Under the pieces are notes generated by a model. That model saw only the letters and a program-made list of their open reading frames with translations. It had not been told where the DNA came from and did no database searches. Shown here piece by piece: positions 40,346-49,975 of a stretch of 64,000 nt of DNA (the stretch's first letter is position 1; each line of letters opens with the position of its first letter). Both the position numbers and the translations under genes were made by a program. The DNA is from an uncultured Alphaproteobacteria bacterium (lineage in GTDB: Bacteria; Pseudomonadota; Alphaproteobacteria; Sphingomonadales; Sphingomonadaceae): positions 405,215 through 469,214 of the forward strand of contig CAVXIF010000011.1 in assembly GCA_963761775.1 (NCBI GenBank), written 5' to 3'.

Positions 40346-41574
40346 GCCCGCCGCGCAAAGCGGGTGAAATGCGCGGCGAGGTCGGCTGCGTTGTTCTGCC
40401 AGCTGAACCGGTCGGCAAACGCCGTAACGGCCCGCGTCGGCAGATTGCGCGCCAGCACATCCGCGATACCGGCCCGCACCGCATCGACATTCCGCGCCAC
40501 GATTGCACCCGCGCCATCCCCCGTCACCAGCTCCCGCGCGCCGCCCGCATCGGCGATGACCAGCGGCGTCCCGCAGGCCAGCGACTCGACCCACGCATTC
40601 GCCAGCCCCTCGTGCGAGGAGGGTAAAGCCATCACGTCGGCGGCGGACAGGATGACCGGCAGCAGGTCGTGGTCCACCGAACCGAGGAAATGCACGCGAT
40701 CCGCAACGCGCAGGTCGCTGGCGAGACGGCGCAGGTGACGATCGTCCTCGCCCTTGCCGACGACCAGCAAGTGCGCACCCGGCAGTTCCGCCAGCGCCGC
40801 AATCACCAGATCCTGCCCCTTGCGCGCGACAAGTGCGCCGACCGTTGCAATGAGTGGCCCTTTCGCTGGAAGCGCGATGCCGAGCGACGTCGCCAGCGTG
40901 GCGCGCAGGCCGGTATGGTCGAGCGGGCGGAAACGGTCGCGGTCCAGCCCGGTATAGTTCAGCGCAATCTTCGAACGCGGCATGCCCAGCGCGGCCATAT
41001 CCGCCGCCAGCGCGTCCGATACCGCCAGCAGCCCTGTTGCCTGCGCCGCCGCTGCCAGCATCTGTTCGCGGGCGAAATCCTGCTCGCCCCAAAAAGTGAT
41101 GTCCGATCCGCGCGCCTTTATGCTCAGGGGCAAGCCCAATGCCTCCGCCACCAGCGCAGCGGCGGGACCATCGGGATAGAAGAATTGCGCATCGACAAGG
41201 TCGAAGGGCTTTTCCCCATGCAGCCGTTTGGCCAGCGGGATGACGCGGCGCGCGATGGTGCGCGCATTGGTGCGCGCACCGAAGCGCGGGATAAGCGTGA
41301 AGCGCGGACGGTGGACCGATACGCCGTTCTCCATACCGTCGACCGCCGCCGCCGCGAGTGGCTTGTACCGTCCGAACGCGATGGGCGGGATGCCGACGGG
41401 ATTGACCAGCGTCACCTCCCAATCGCCACGCGCGGCCAGTGCCTCCAGCGATCGCGCGACAAAGGTGCCGAAGCGGGGCGCGTGGGCGTTCGGATAGAGC
41501 GTCGAAAGCGACAATACGCGCCCGGGTTTGGCAGGTGTGGCTTTTTCGGGGGCGGGTTTTGAAGTGGTGGACAC
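40342..41574 (-). CDS. Glycosyltransferase family 4
   Basis: VLSLSTLYPN N-terminal GT4 pattern and SSHEGLANAWVESLACGTPLVIADAGG (E-x7-E region). Confidence 0.8.
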   Translation of the reverse strand: MSTTSKPAPEKATPAKPGRVLSLSTLYPNAHAPRFGTFVARSLEALAARGDWEVTLVNPVGIPPIAFGRYKPLAAAAVDGMENGVSVHRPRFTLIPRFGARTNARTIARRVIPLAKRLHGEKPFDLVDAQFFYPDGPAAALVAEALGLPLSIKARGSDITFWGEQDFAREQMLAAAAQATGLLAVSDALAADMAALGMPRSKIALNYTGLDRDRFRPLDHTGLRATLATSLGIALPAKGPLIATVGALVARKGQDLVIAALAELPGAHLLVVGKGEDDRHLRRLASDLRVADRVHFLGSVDHDLLPVILSAADVMALPSSHEGLANAWVESLACGTPLVIADAGGARELVTGDGAGAIVARNVDAVRAGIADVLARNLPTRAVTAFADRFSWQNNAADLAAHFTRFARRA

Positions 41575-41576
41575 GC

Positions 41577-42149
41577 CTAGAGCGACCGGACCAGCATTTC
41601 CGCGCAGGCGAGCCAGGGCGGGTTGTCTACCACCAGCTGCTTTTCACCCACGCCGGGGGGAAGGACGCCGATCTTGGTGCCTTGCCTGTCGATCAGTCGC
41701 CCGAATGCAAACCGCCCACCGGGGCGCGGCACCAGCACGTCGCGATTGATGGCACGCGCGGTGTCTTCGGGCGACACCTGCCGCAACCAGAGCTGGTCCC
41801 CCGCACGGTATTCGCCCGCGCTGGTTTCGATCGCAAGCACCACCAGCATTGCATCGCCGCCCAGCTCGCTCGGCAGGACGGCATCCGCTTCCTTCGCCAG
41901 CGCCTGCGCGCCGCTGTCGACCAGCCGCGCAACGACCTTGGGATGGCCGCTGCCTTCGGACCGCACCAGCGTTTCGGGTTCGACACCCAGCGCATCGCCG
42001 ATCCGCTGCATCCAGACGATGGACAGGTTGCGGGTGCCGGTTTCCAGCCGTCCGATGGTCTGCGGCGTGGTGGCAGGCTCGCAGGCGGCGGCGAGGTCCG
42101 CCAGCGTCCAGCCCTTGGCCCGGCGAATGTCGCGGATACGGTTGATCAT
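41577..42149 (-). CDS. XRE-family HTH regulator with LexA/cI (S24)-like C-terminal domain
   Basis: MINRIRDIRRAKGWTLADLAAA....TPQTIGRLETG.RNLS..W..RI.DALGV (HTH_3), then a beta-rich C-terminal domain with a ..GDQLWL.. pattern. SD GGAGA lies upstream of ATG 42149. Confidence 0.7.
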   Translation of the reverse strand: MINRIRDIRRAKGWTLADLAAACEPATTPQTIGRLETGTRNLSIVWMQRIGDALGVEPETLVRSEGSGHPKVVARLVDSGAQALAKEADAVLPSELGGDAMLVVLAIETSAGEYRAGDQLWLRQVSPEDTARAINRDVLVPRPGGRFAFGRLIDRQGTKIGVLPPGVGEKQLVVDNPPWLACAEMLVRSL

Positions 42150-42250
42150 GGGGCGATCTCCAACGCTTATTGCACCAAATAGGTTTTCTCCTTTCCTACA
42201 GACCACCGCTTTTGGCAAGCGGGTTTCCTGTCCAACCCGAAAGGAACAGC

Positions 42251-42778
42251 ATGACAAAATCCCCGAATTCCGGCCAAACCCCAACCGGTCAATCCCTGAC
42301 CGAACGCGAATTTACCGAGGCGGGACCCAGGCGACACAGCACGAAGCGCACCGGCGATGCCAAGACCAGGCGGCGGCGAAGCCTGACCGTGAATATCGCG
42401 GAATCGCCCATCGCCTGGCTCCATGCGCGCGGCCATATCGACGACCGGCTGTTCGATGCAGGCGAGTTGCTGCGCACCGATTACGAGCGCGCGCAGCTGG
42501 GCGCGAACGTCACCATGCGTTGGGATGTGGTGCGGATACGCGGGCAGGGCGGGGATCACGGCCTCACCCCGACCGAGCGCCAGATCGCGGCGAAGGACCG
42601 GTTCGACGGGGCGCTGAAACAGGCCGGGGCCGGGTTGCAGGATGTGTTGTGGCGCGTTGTCTGCGGTTGCGAGAGTTTGCCCGATGCGGAACGCGGGCTG
42701 GGCTGGCCCGCGCGCAGCGGCAAGCTGGTGCTGAAAATCGCGCTGGACCGGGTGGCGGATTACTATCGCGTGCGTTGA
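42251..42778 (+). CDS. DUF6456-like DNA-binding protein (possible GafA N-terminal/GafY-type)
   Basis: Basic N-terminus, then NIAESPIAWLHARGHIDDRLFDAGELLRTDYERAQLG..VTMRWD and GLGWPARSGKLVLKIALDRVADYY. SD AAAGGAAC lies upstream of ATG 42251. Confidence 0.55.
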   Translation: MTKSPNSGQTPTGQSLTEREFTEAGPRRHSTKRTGDAKTRRRRSLTVNIAESPIAWLHARGHIDDRLFDAGELLRTDYERAQLGANVTMRWDVVRIRGQGGDHGLTPTERQIAAKDRFDGALKQAGAGLQDVLWRVVCGCESLPDAERGLGWPARSGKLVLKIALDRVADYYRVR

Positions 42779-42844
42779 CCGGTGGAACGGGCGACCGTCT
42801 GGCCTGCGTTGTATCGACACACCCAGCAATCAGGAGACCGACCG

Positions 42845-43426
42845 ATGAAGCTCTATTACTCACCCGGCGCATGCAGCCTTGCCAGCCATATCGCCCTTGT
42901 CGAAAGCGGCGACGATTTCGAGGCGGTCAAGGTCGATCTGAAGTCGCATACGACCGAGAACGGCGACGATTTCTACGCCATCAACCCGCGCGGCTATGTG
43001 CCCGCCATCGAGGCGGACGATGTCGGTTTGCTGACCGAGAACCCGGCGGTGCTGACCTACATCGCCAATGCCACCACGAAGCTGGCTGACGAAGCCGACC
43101 ACTACAAGCGGCTGGAATGGGTCAGCTTTATCGGCAGCGAAATCCACGGCGCATTCGGGCCGCTGTTCGGCGGGGCAGAGGGCGATGCAAAGGAGAAGGC
43201 GAAGCAGAAGGTCGCGAAGAAGTTCGAGTTGGCCGAAACCCTGCGCGAGGGGCGCGAATGGCTGGTCGGCGATGCGCCGAGCGTGGCGGACAATTACCTG
43301 TTCGTGACGCTGCTGTGGGCGAAGAAGATGGAGATCGATCTGCCGCAGGGTCTGATCGACTATCGGGACCGGAACATGGCGCGCGATGCCGTAAGCCAGG
43401 CGATGAAGAACGAGGGTTTGGCCTAA
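42845..43426 (+). CDS. Glutathione S-transferase (beta-class-like)
   Basis: MKLYYSPGACSLASHIAL.E.G, YVPAIE.DD...LTEN.AVL.Y and SVADNYLFV.L.W. SD CAGGAG is present. Confidence 0.85.
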   Translation: MKLYYSPGACSLASHIALVESGDDFEAVKVDLKSHTTENGDDFYAINPRGYVPAIEADDVGLLTENPAVLTYIANATTKLADEADHYKRLEWVSFIGSEIHGAFGPLFGGAEGDAKEKAKQKVAKKFELAETLREGREWLVGDAPSVADNYLFVTLLWAKKMEIDLPQGLIDYRDRNMARDAVSQAMKNEGLA

Positions 43427-43456
43427 ACTTCCCTAAACTTCCGCGTTGAATTAAAA

Positions 43457-43485
43457 GGCGGGCTGCACATGCGGCCCGCCTTTTT
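43457..43485. terminator. Bidirectional rho-independent terminator
   Basis: AAAAGGCGGGCtgcacatgcgGCCCGCCTTTTT lies between the convergent gst and SnoaL-like genes. Confidence 0.65.
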
Positions 43486-43487
43486 AG

Positions 43488-43844
43488 TCAGTCCACCGCG
43501 CCGTAGAAAAAGCGCTCGTCGGCAACCTTGCCGTCGCGCACGGTGTAGACGCCCACTTCCTTCATCTGGCTGCGTTCACCGTCCATCGTTACGTCCATGT
43601 CGTAGCGCACGGCAAACTGGTCGCCAAATACGAACGGACCTTCCGCGCTGCTGGAATGCACTTGCGTGTTCGCTTCCCACCAGTCGTGCTTTTCCTGCAA
43701 CGCTGCGCGTCCCTTGACGTGCGACATCGGGCCGTCGTTCGGCTCGTGGCTCTCGATGTCGTCGTGCCACATGGCGCGCACGTCTTCCATGCGATCTTCG
43801 GCCACGGCCTTGGTGAAATCCTGCGCGAGTTGTTCGATAGGCAT
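43488..43844 (-). CDS. SnoaL-like / NTF2-fold protein
   Basis: 118 aa with a small alpha+beta pattern (W..D.ES.EP.............W......VH......GP.V.GD.FAV....D.T...G.R......V.YTV.DGKV..E.FFY). Confidence 0.6.
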   Translation of the reverse strand: MPIEQLAQDFTKAVAEDRMEDVRAMWHDDIESHEPNDGPMSHVKGRAALQEKHDWWEANTQVHSSSAEGPFVFGDQFAVRYDMDVTMDGERSQMKEVGVYTVRDGKVADERFFYGAVD

Positions 43845-43909
43845 GATGTCAGTCCTCTCTCCAATGGTCTGGTTTTCCTACCAGGCGCATCGTGCCGAAA
43901 AAATGACAG

Positions 43910-45737
43910 TCAGCCCTCGGCCTGCTCTGCCAGTGTAAGCCAGCGTTCCTCCGCCGCATCGCGTTGGGCTTTGGCGTTCTCGATGCCCTTGCTGATCGTG
44001 GCGAATTTCTGGGGGTCGGTCGCATAAAGGTCGGGATCGGACAGGATCTCGCCGCCACGGGTAATGGCGGCATCCAGCTTGGCAATCCGGTCGGGCAATT
44101 CGTCGAGGTCGCGCTGGTCGATATAGCTTAATTTGGATGGAGGTGCGGGTTTGGAAGGCGCCTTTTCCGCACCGCGCGAACCGCTCTTTGTTTGCGGTTT
44201 TAAGCGGGAGGCCTTGTCGATATCGGCACGCTTCGCCTCCCAGTCGGCGTAGCCCCCGGCGACGATGTCCACCTCGCCGCTGCCGTCGAGGCCGAGCGTT
44301 ACCGTTACCGTCTTGTCGAGGAAGTCGCGGTCATGGCTGACGATCAACACCGTGCCGTCATAGTCCGCGATGACCTCCTGAAGCAGGTCGAGCGTTTCGA
44401 GGTCGAGATCGTTGGTCGGCTCGTCCAGCACCAGCAGGTTGGACTTGCGCGCAAATTCGCGGGCCAGCAGCAGGCGGCTGCGCTCGCCACCGGACATGAT
44501 GCTGACCCTGGTATCGACGAGGCGCGGGTCGAACAGGAACTCTTTCAGATAGCCCTGCACATGCTTGCGCACGCCGCGCACGTCGATCCAGTCGCCGCCT
44601 TCGGCCAGCACTTGCCGCACCGTTACATCGCCGGTCATCAGGCTGCGCTGCTGGTCGATCATCACGCCGGTCAGCTTTTTGGAAATCGTGACGCTGCCGC
44701 TATCGGGCATGATTTCGCCGGTCAGCAGCTTCAGCAGCGTCGTCTTGCCCGCCCCGTTGCTGCCGACCACGCCGATGCGGTCGCCCCGCTGGATGCGCAG
44801 GGTAAAGTCGCGAATGATGGTGCGGTCGTCGTACGCCTTGGAGACATTCTCCGCGACGATTACCGACTTGCTGCGGAACGCCTCATCGGTCGCAAGGCCC
44901 AGCTTGGCCGCGCCCTTGGGCGATATCATCGCCGCCCGCGCTGCGCGCATCTGGCCCAGCTTTTCGAGCCGCCCCTGGTTGCGCTTGCGCCGCGCGGTCA
45001 CGCCGCGTTCCAGCCAGTGCGCCTCCAGCTTCAGCTTGGCGTCCAGCTTCTGGGCCGCGCGCGCTTCCTCGGCATAGATGGATTCTTCCCACGCATCGTA
45101 ACCGCCGAAACCGATTTCCTTGCGGCGCAGAACAGCGCGGTCCAGCCACGCGGTGACGCGGGTCAGGCGTTTCAGGAAGGTGCGGTCATGGCTGATGACG
45201 ACGAACGCGCCGTTATAGCGGTCCAGCCACCCCTCCAGCCAGTCGATCGCGGCCAGGTCGAGGTGGTTGGTCGGCTCGTCCATCAGCAGCAGGTCGGGTT
45301 CCTGCGCCAATGCCCGTGCGATGGCCGCGCGCCGCCTCTCGCCACCGCTTGCGCCCTTTGCGGGTGTCGCCATGTCGATGCCGAGCTGGCCAGCGATTGA
45401 CGCCACCTCGTACTCTTCCGGCGCATCGTTGCCCGCCAGCGCGAAATCCATCAGCGTTTCGTGCGCGGAGAAGTCGGGATCCTGCTCCAGCACAACGATC
45501 CTGGCACCGGGCTTGACCTTGCGCACACCCGCATCCGGGTCGATCCGGTTGGCGATCAGGCGGAAACAGCGTGGTCTTGCCCGCCCCGTTGCGCCCGATC
45601 AGCGCCACCCGGTCGCGCGGGCCGATATGGAAATCCAGCACGGCGGGGTCGGCGCCGTTGGGATTGCTGCCGAACAGCCAGCGTCCGCCCTGTTGCAGGG
45701 CAATGCCTTCGAGGCTGAGGATAGGAGGCTGCGCCAT
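43910..45737 (-). pseudogene. ABC-F family ATPase (Uup-like, C-terminal coiled coil), one frame break (~45561)
   Basis: N-terminal MAQPPILSLEGI...IGRNGAGKTTLF (ORF 45213-45737), then RLIANRIDPDAGV...LSGGERRR...LLMDEPTNHLD, a second cassette GSNGAGKTTLL...MSGGERSRL..LDEPTNDLD and a Lys/Ala-rich C-terminal helix. An extra C sits in ctgtttCcgcctg. Confidence 0.85.
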
Positions 45738-45866
45738 AGGCCCTCGCGCAGGTAGGGAAACGCACGGTCCCCCGCAATGACGGAATAGCGGGCGGTATTC
45801 ACGGAACCGCCATCACCGGCAGCGCATTGATTGCGGGAACAGGAAATAACCAACGAAAGCCCGATC

Positions 45867-46577
45867 ATGCTGAAACCGCTTCTTCCTCTCGCCGCCCTTT
45901 CGCTGCTGTCCGCGCCTGCCTATGCCGGTGTCGAGGTGCAGTCCGAAGGACCGGTGGTGCAGCTGTCGGTGACGGAGACGGTCAAGGCCGCACCCGATAT
46001 CGCCACTGTCGGAGCAGGCGTCTCGACGCGCGCCGCCACCGCGGTGGAAGCCATGCGGGCCAATGCGCGCGAGATGACCGCCATCGTCAATCGCATCAAG
46101 GCGCTGGGTATCGCCGAAGACGACATCCAGACCACCGGCGTCAACCTGAATGCCCGCTACGATTACAACCGCACGACGCAAAAACAGGTGTTTCAGGGAT
46201 ACGACGCCAGCAACCGGGTCAGCATCATCCTGCGCAATGTTGCGGAAACGGGGCCGACGCTGGACGCGCTGGTCGCGGCTGGGGCGACCGATATCAACGG
46301 CCCCAGCTTCTCGATGGACGACGACACCGCCGCCAAGGCGCAGGCACGCGAGGCGGCAATGACGCGCGCGCTGGCGATGGGACGGCAGTATGCCGGCTGG
46401 AACGGATATAGCGATGTGCGCCTGCTGGAAGTCAGCGAGAACGTGGCAACCTCGCGCCCCCAGCCGATGATGCGCGAGAGTGTGGAAATACAGATGTCTG
46501 ACGTGTCCACACCGATCCAGCCCGGGCTCGTCGGCACCAGCGTCACGGTCAGCGTTACCTACGAGATGACGCGCTAG
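45867..46577 (+). CDS. SIMPL (DUF541) domain periplasmic protein
   Basis: Signal peptide MLKPLLPLAALSLLSAPAYA, plus the DDIQTTGVNLN..Y..........GY.ASN...I.LR pattern of SIMPL / 26-kDa periplasmic immunogenic proteins. Confidence 0.72.
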   Translation: MLKPLLPLAALSLLSAPAYAGVEVQSEGPVVQLSVTETVKAAPDIATVGAGVSTRAATAVEAMRANAREMTAIVNRIKALGIAEDDIQTTGVNLNARYDYNRTTQKQVFQGYDASNRVSIILRNVAETGPTLDALVAAGATDINGPSFSMDDDTAAKAQAREAAMTRALAMGRQYAGWNGYSDVRLLEVSENVATSRPQPMMRESVEIQMSDVSTPIQPGLVGTSVTVSVTYEMTR

Positions 46578-46616
46578 TTCAGGCGGTATTCAACGCGTCG
46601 GGGCTAAACCCGACCC

Positions 46617-46931
46617 ATGCAAAAGACAGTATTCCTTTCGCTTGCCCTTGCGGCGTCGCTGGCCTTTTCATCCGGTGGGGCATTCGCACAGCAGGCGCAG
46701 GAGCCCAAGACCGAACAGGGCGAGGCGCGCAAGGAGATGCGTGCCGGCAACACCTTGTCGCTGCGAGAGATCGAGCGCCGTATCTTGCCGGGCATGGCAG
46801 GCGCGGAATATCTCGGCCCCGCCTATGACAGCGCGGCCATGGCGTATCGCCTCAAATTCATTCGCGACGGGCGGGTCATGTTCATCGACGTGGATGCGCG
46901 CAACGGGCGGGTTATTCGCCGCAGCCGCTAA
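46617..46931 (+). CDS. PepSY domain protein
   Basis: Signal peptide, then SLREIERRILP.M.GAEYLG......AMAYRLKFIRDGRV.FIDVDARNGRV. It lies directly upstream of a two-component system. Confidence 0.7.
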   Translation: MQKTVFLSLALAASLAFSSGGAFAQQAQEPKTEQGEARKEMRAGNTLSLREIERRILPGMAGAEYLGPAYDSAAMAYRLKFIRDGRVMFIDVDARNGRVIRRSR

Positions 46932-47030
46932 CAGCGCGAACGCTAGGTGAACGGGCCGGTTGACGGGAACGCGCCGACGCACCAGACATTTGCGACACAC
47001 TGCTATCTACCGGTTCAGGGGACCACCCAC

Positions 47031-47711
47031 ATGCGCATTCTGATCGTCGAGGACGAGCCGACTTTGGGGCAACAGCTCAAATCCACGCTGGAACAGACCG
47101 GCTATGCCGTGGATCTGTCGACCGATGGGGAGGATGGTCATTTCCTCGGCAGCACCGGGGATTACGACGCCGTCATCCTTGATCTCGGCTTGCCGGAAAT
47201 CGACGGGCTGACCGTTCTCGGCATGTGGCGCAAGGAAGGCCGCGACTTTCCCGTACTGGTCCTGACTGCGCGCGACAGCTGGAGCGACAAGGTCGCCGGG
47301 CTGGACGCGGGTGCGGACGATTATCTTGCCAAGCCTTTCCAGACCGAAGAGCTGATTGCGCGATTGCGCGCGCTCATCCGCCGCGCATCGGGCAATACGT
47401 CCAGCGAGCTGATCGCGGGCGAAGTGCGGCTTGATACCCGGTCGGGCCGTGTCACGCGCGCAGGCGAACCGGTGAAGCTGACGGCGCAGGAATACAAGCT
47501 GCTGAGCTACCTGATGCACCACAAGGGCAAGGTCGTCAGCCGCACCGAATTGATCGAGCATATCTACGATCAGGACTTCGACCGTGACAGCAACACCATC
47601 GAGGTATTCGTAACGCGCATTCGCAAGAAGCTGGGCGCGGAAGTCATCACTACTATACGCGGGCTGGGCTACAGTCTCGACGATCCTGCCGAGCAGCCGC
47701 GCGCTTCGTAA
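47031..47711 (+). CDS. OmpR/PhoB-family response regulator
   Basis: MRILIVEDEP, DAVILDLGLPEIDG, VLVLTARD and DDYL.KPF, plus a winged-helix C-terminus (LT..EYKLL.YLM...G.V.SR..L....Y......DSN.IEV...R.R.KL). Confidence 0.9.
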   Translation: MRILIVEDEPTLGQQLKSTLEQTGYAVDLSTDGEDGHFLGSTGDYDAVILDLGLPEIDGLTVLGMWRKEGRDFPVLVLTARDSWSDKVAGLDAGADDYLAKPFQTEELIARLRALIRRASGNTSSELIAGEVRLDTRSGRVTRAGEPVKLTAQEYKLLSYLMHHKGKVVSRTELIEHIYDQDFDRDSNTIEVFVTRIRKKLGAEVITTIRGLGYSLDDPAEQPRAS

Positions 47712-47724
47712 TGGGCTGGCGGAA

Positions 47725-49182
47725 ATGAACGCCAATAGCGCCATTTCCGCATCCGGCGATACCGCGCCGCTGGCCGATGCCGAAGCCGCCACGCTAAGCG
47801 CGGAGATCGCAGGCGGTGCCGCGCCGCCGCATACCGGCAGCCTGTCGCGCCGGATGATGGCGATCGCGGCGGGGTGGATCCTGGTCCTGTTGCTGGCGGG
47901 CGGCTTTGCGCTGGACCGGGTGCTGGTCAATCTGGTCGAGCGCAATTTCGACGACCGGCTGGAATATCTGCTCAACGCCATGCTCGTGACGTCCGAGCTG
48001 GACCCCTATGGCGAAGTCTATTTCAACCGCCCCATCGGAGAGCCGCGCTTTCTGGAGCCGAATAGCGGCCTGTATTTCCAGATCAGCGCGCCCGGGCGCG
48101 AAGGCTATCCGTCGCGCTCGCTGTGGGACGAGCCACTCACCCTGAACACGCAATACGACGATTTCGAGCTGCATTTCTACGACAGCAACCAGATCCCGGG
48201 CGAGCCGCTGCGTATTGTCGAACGCAATGTGATCCTGCCCGATAGCGATACCCGCTGGACCTTTGCCGTTGCCAGCGACCGCGAAGAGCTGAACCAGACG
48301 GTGCGCCGCATCCGCAGCATCCTTTTATACAGCTTTGCGGTGCTGGCGCTGGGTCTGATGGCAATGGCGGCGGCGCAAAGCTGGTATGGCCTACGCCCGT
48401 TGCGCCGGGTGCGCGCCGCCATTCAGCGCATCCGCACCGCCGGGTCGAACCGCGTTACCGACCCGCTGCCGCTGGAAGTGCAGCCGCTGGTGGAAGAGCT
48501 GAACATGCTGCTCGCCCATTCGGAACGGCAGGCGGAGGAAGCGCGCACCCACGCGGGCAATCTTGCCCATGCGCTCAAGACGCCGCTGACGGTGGTGAAC
48601 AACGCCGCTACTGCGCATGCGCCCGACCTTGCAGACACGGTAATTCGGGAAGCGCGGACGATGCGCCGCCATGTCGACCATCACCTTGCACGGGCACGTG
48701 CCGTCGGACGGCGCGCCATCGGCATGGCCCGCACGCCCGTTTGCGAAAGCGCGGAAGCGGTGCGCCGCGCGGTCGAGCGGCTTTATCCCGACGCCCGCTT
48801 CGACCTCGACGGACGCCGCAAGGCCGTGGTCGCGATCGAGCGACAGGATCTCGATGAAATCCTCGGCAACCTGATCGAGAACGCAGCGAAGTATGGTGGC
48901 GGTAGCGTGTTCGTGACGGTCGATGCCGAACCCGACAGTCCGCAATGCACCATTTGGGTGGAGGATGATGGCACGGGGATACCGCCAGCAGCGCGTGACG
49001 CAATTTTCGACCGGGGCGCGCGGCTCGATACCGGCAAGCCGGGCACGGGTCTGGGTCTCGCTATCGTTCGCGACGTGGCGGAAATATACGGCGGCAGTGT
49101 CGATCTTGCGGAGAGTGAGGACCTGGGCGGTCTGCTGGTAAAGCTGAGCCTGCCGCGCGCTGCTGCCGTCGAGGTTCAGTGA
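47725..49182 (+). CDS. Sensor histidine kinase (two TM, HAMP, HisKA, HATPase_c)
   Basis: H-box AGNLAHALKTPLT, N-box NLIENAAKYG, G1 VEDDGTGIP and G2 GTGLGLAIVRD.AE.YGG. Confidence 0.85.
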   Translation: MNANSAISASGDTAPLADAEAATLSAEIAGGAAPPHTGSLSRRMMAIAAGWILVLLLAGGFALDRVLVNLVERNFDDRLEYLLNAMLVTSELDPYGEVYFNRPIGEPRFLEPNSGLYFQISAPGREGYPSRSLWDEPLTLNTQYDDFELHFYDSNQIPGEPLRIVERNVILPDSDTRWTFAVASDREELNQTVRRIRSILLYSFAVLALGLMAMAAAQSWYGLRPLRRVRAAIQRIRTAGSNRVTDPLPLEVQPLVEELNMLLAHSERQAEEARTHAGNLAHALKTPLTVVNNAATAHAPDLADTVIREARTMRRHVDHHLARARAVGRRAIGMARTPVCESAEAVRRAVERLYPDARFDLDGRRKAVVAIERQDLDEILGNLIENAAKYGGGSVFVTVDAEPDSPQCTIWVEDDGTGIPPAARDAIFDRGARLDTGKPGTGLGLAIVRDVAEIYGGSVDLAESEDLGGLLVKLSLPRAAAVEVQ

Positions 49183-49234
49183 CCGTTCAAGCCCGTTCAG
49201 CTATTCGCAAAGAACACTGAACAATGGCGGTTGC

Positions 49235-49972
49235 ATGACCGCCGGATGGAGAAGACGTTTGCCGTTGCCGACCCTGAAAATCACTCTCGCCGCTGCCAGT
49301 GCTTTGGCGCTTGGAGCCTGCACCTCGTTTTACGATGACGGGTATGGCTACGGCTATGACGACGGATATGGCTACGGTTACGATAGTGGCTATGCCACGC
49401 CTTACAGCACCGGATACGGTTTCGGCTGGTATGACAATTTCTATTATCCCGGCGTCGGCATCCACGTTTTCGACCGGCGTGGCGACCGCTTCCGCTGGAA
49501 CAACCGCCAGCGCGCTTATTGGGAACGCCGGCGCGAATTGCGGCGCGATCGGCGCGAGCGTCGGGAGAACTGGTCCGGCTATTCACGCGGGCGGGACGGT
49601 ATCTATCGCGACGGACGGCGGGCCGAACGTCGCGCGGACACGCGCGCGGACCGTCGTGAGGAACGCCGTGTGGACAGGCGTACGGAACGTCGCGAGGAAA
49701 GGCGTGCAGACCGCCGCACCGACCGACGCGAGGAACGCCGCGAACGGCGCCGCGTCGGTGGCGGTAACGCGAGCGCACCGGATGCACGTGCGGAGCGGCG
49801 TGCAAACCGCGCGGAGCAGCGAAGCAACCGTGGGTCCGCAAGGGAAGCGCAGCGGCCCCAGCGTCCGCAGGCCGCTCCGCGCGCCCAGCCTTCGACACAA
49901 CCTAGCGAACGTCGCCAGCGCCCCGCGAGGGTCCGCCGCGACAGTTCGCAGCCTGAAAAGCAGCCCGAATAG
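49235..49972 (+). CDS. Lipoprotein with Tyr/Gly-rich segment and long Arg/Glu/Asp repeat tail
   Basis: Lipobox LALGAC, GYGYGYDDGYGYGYDSGY, WYDNFYYPGVGIHVFDRRGDRFRW, then RRADRREERRVDRRTERREERRADRRTDRREERRERRR. Confidence 0.55.
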   Translation: MTAGWRRRLPLPTLKITLAAASALALGACTSFYDDGYGYGYDDGYGYGYDSGYATPYSTGYGFGWYDNFYYPGVGIHVFDRRGDRFRWNNRQRAYWERRRELRRDRRERRENWSGYSRGRDGIYRDGRRAERRADTRADRREERRVDRRTERREERRADRRTDRREERRERRRVGGGNASAPDARAERRANRAEQRSNRGSAREAQRPQRPQAAPRAQPSTQPSERRQRPARVRRDSSQPEKQPE

Positions 49973-49975
49973 GCG

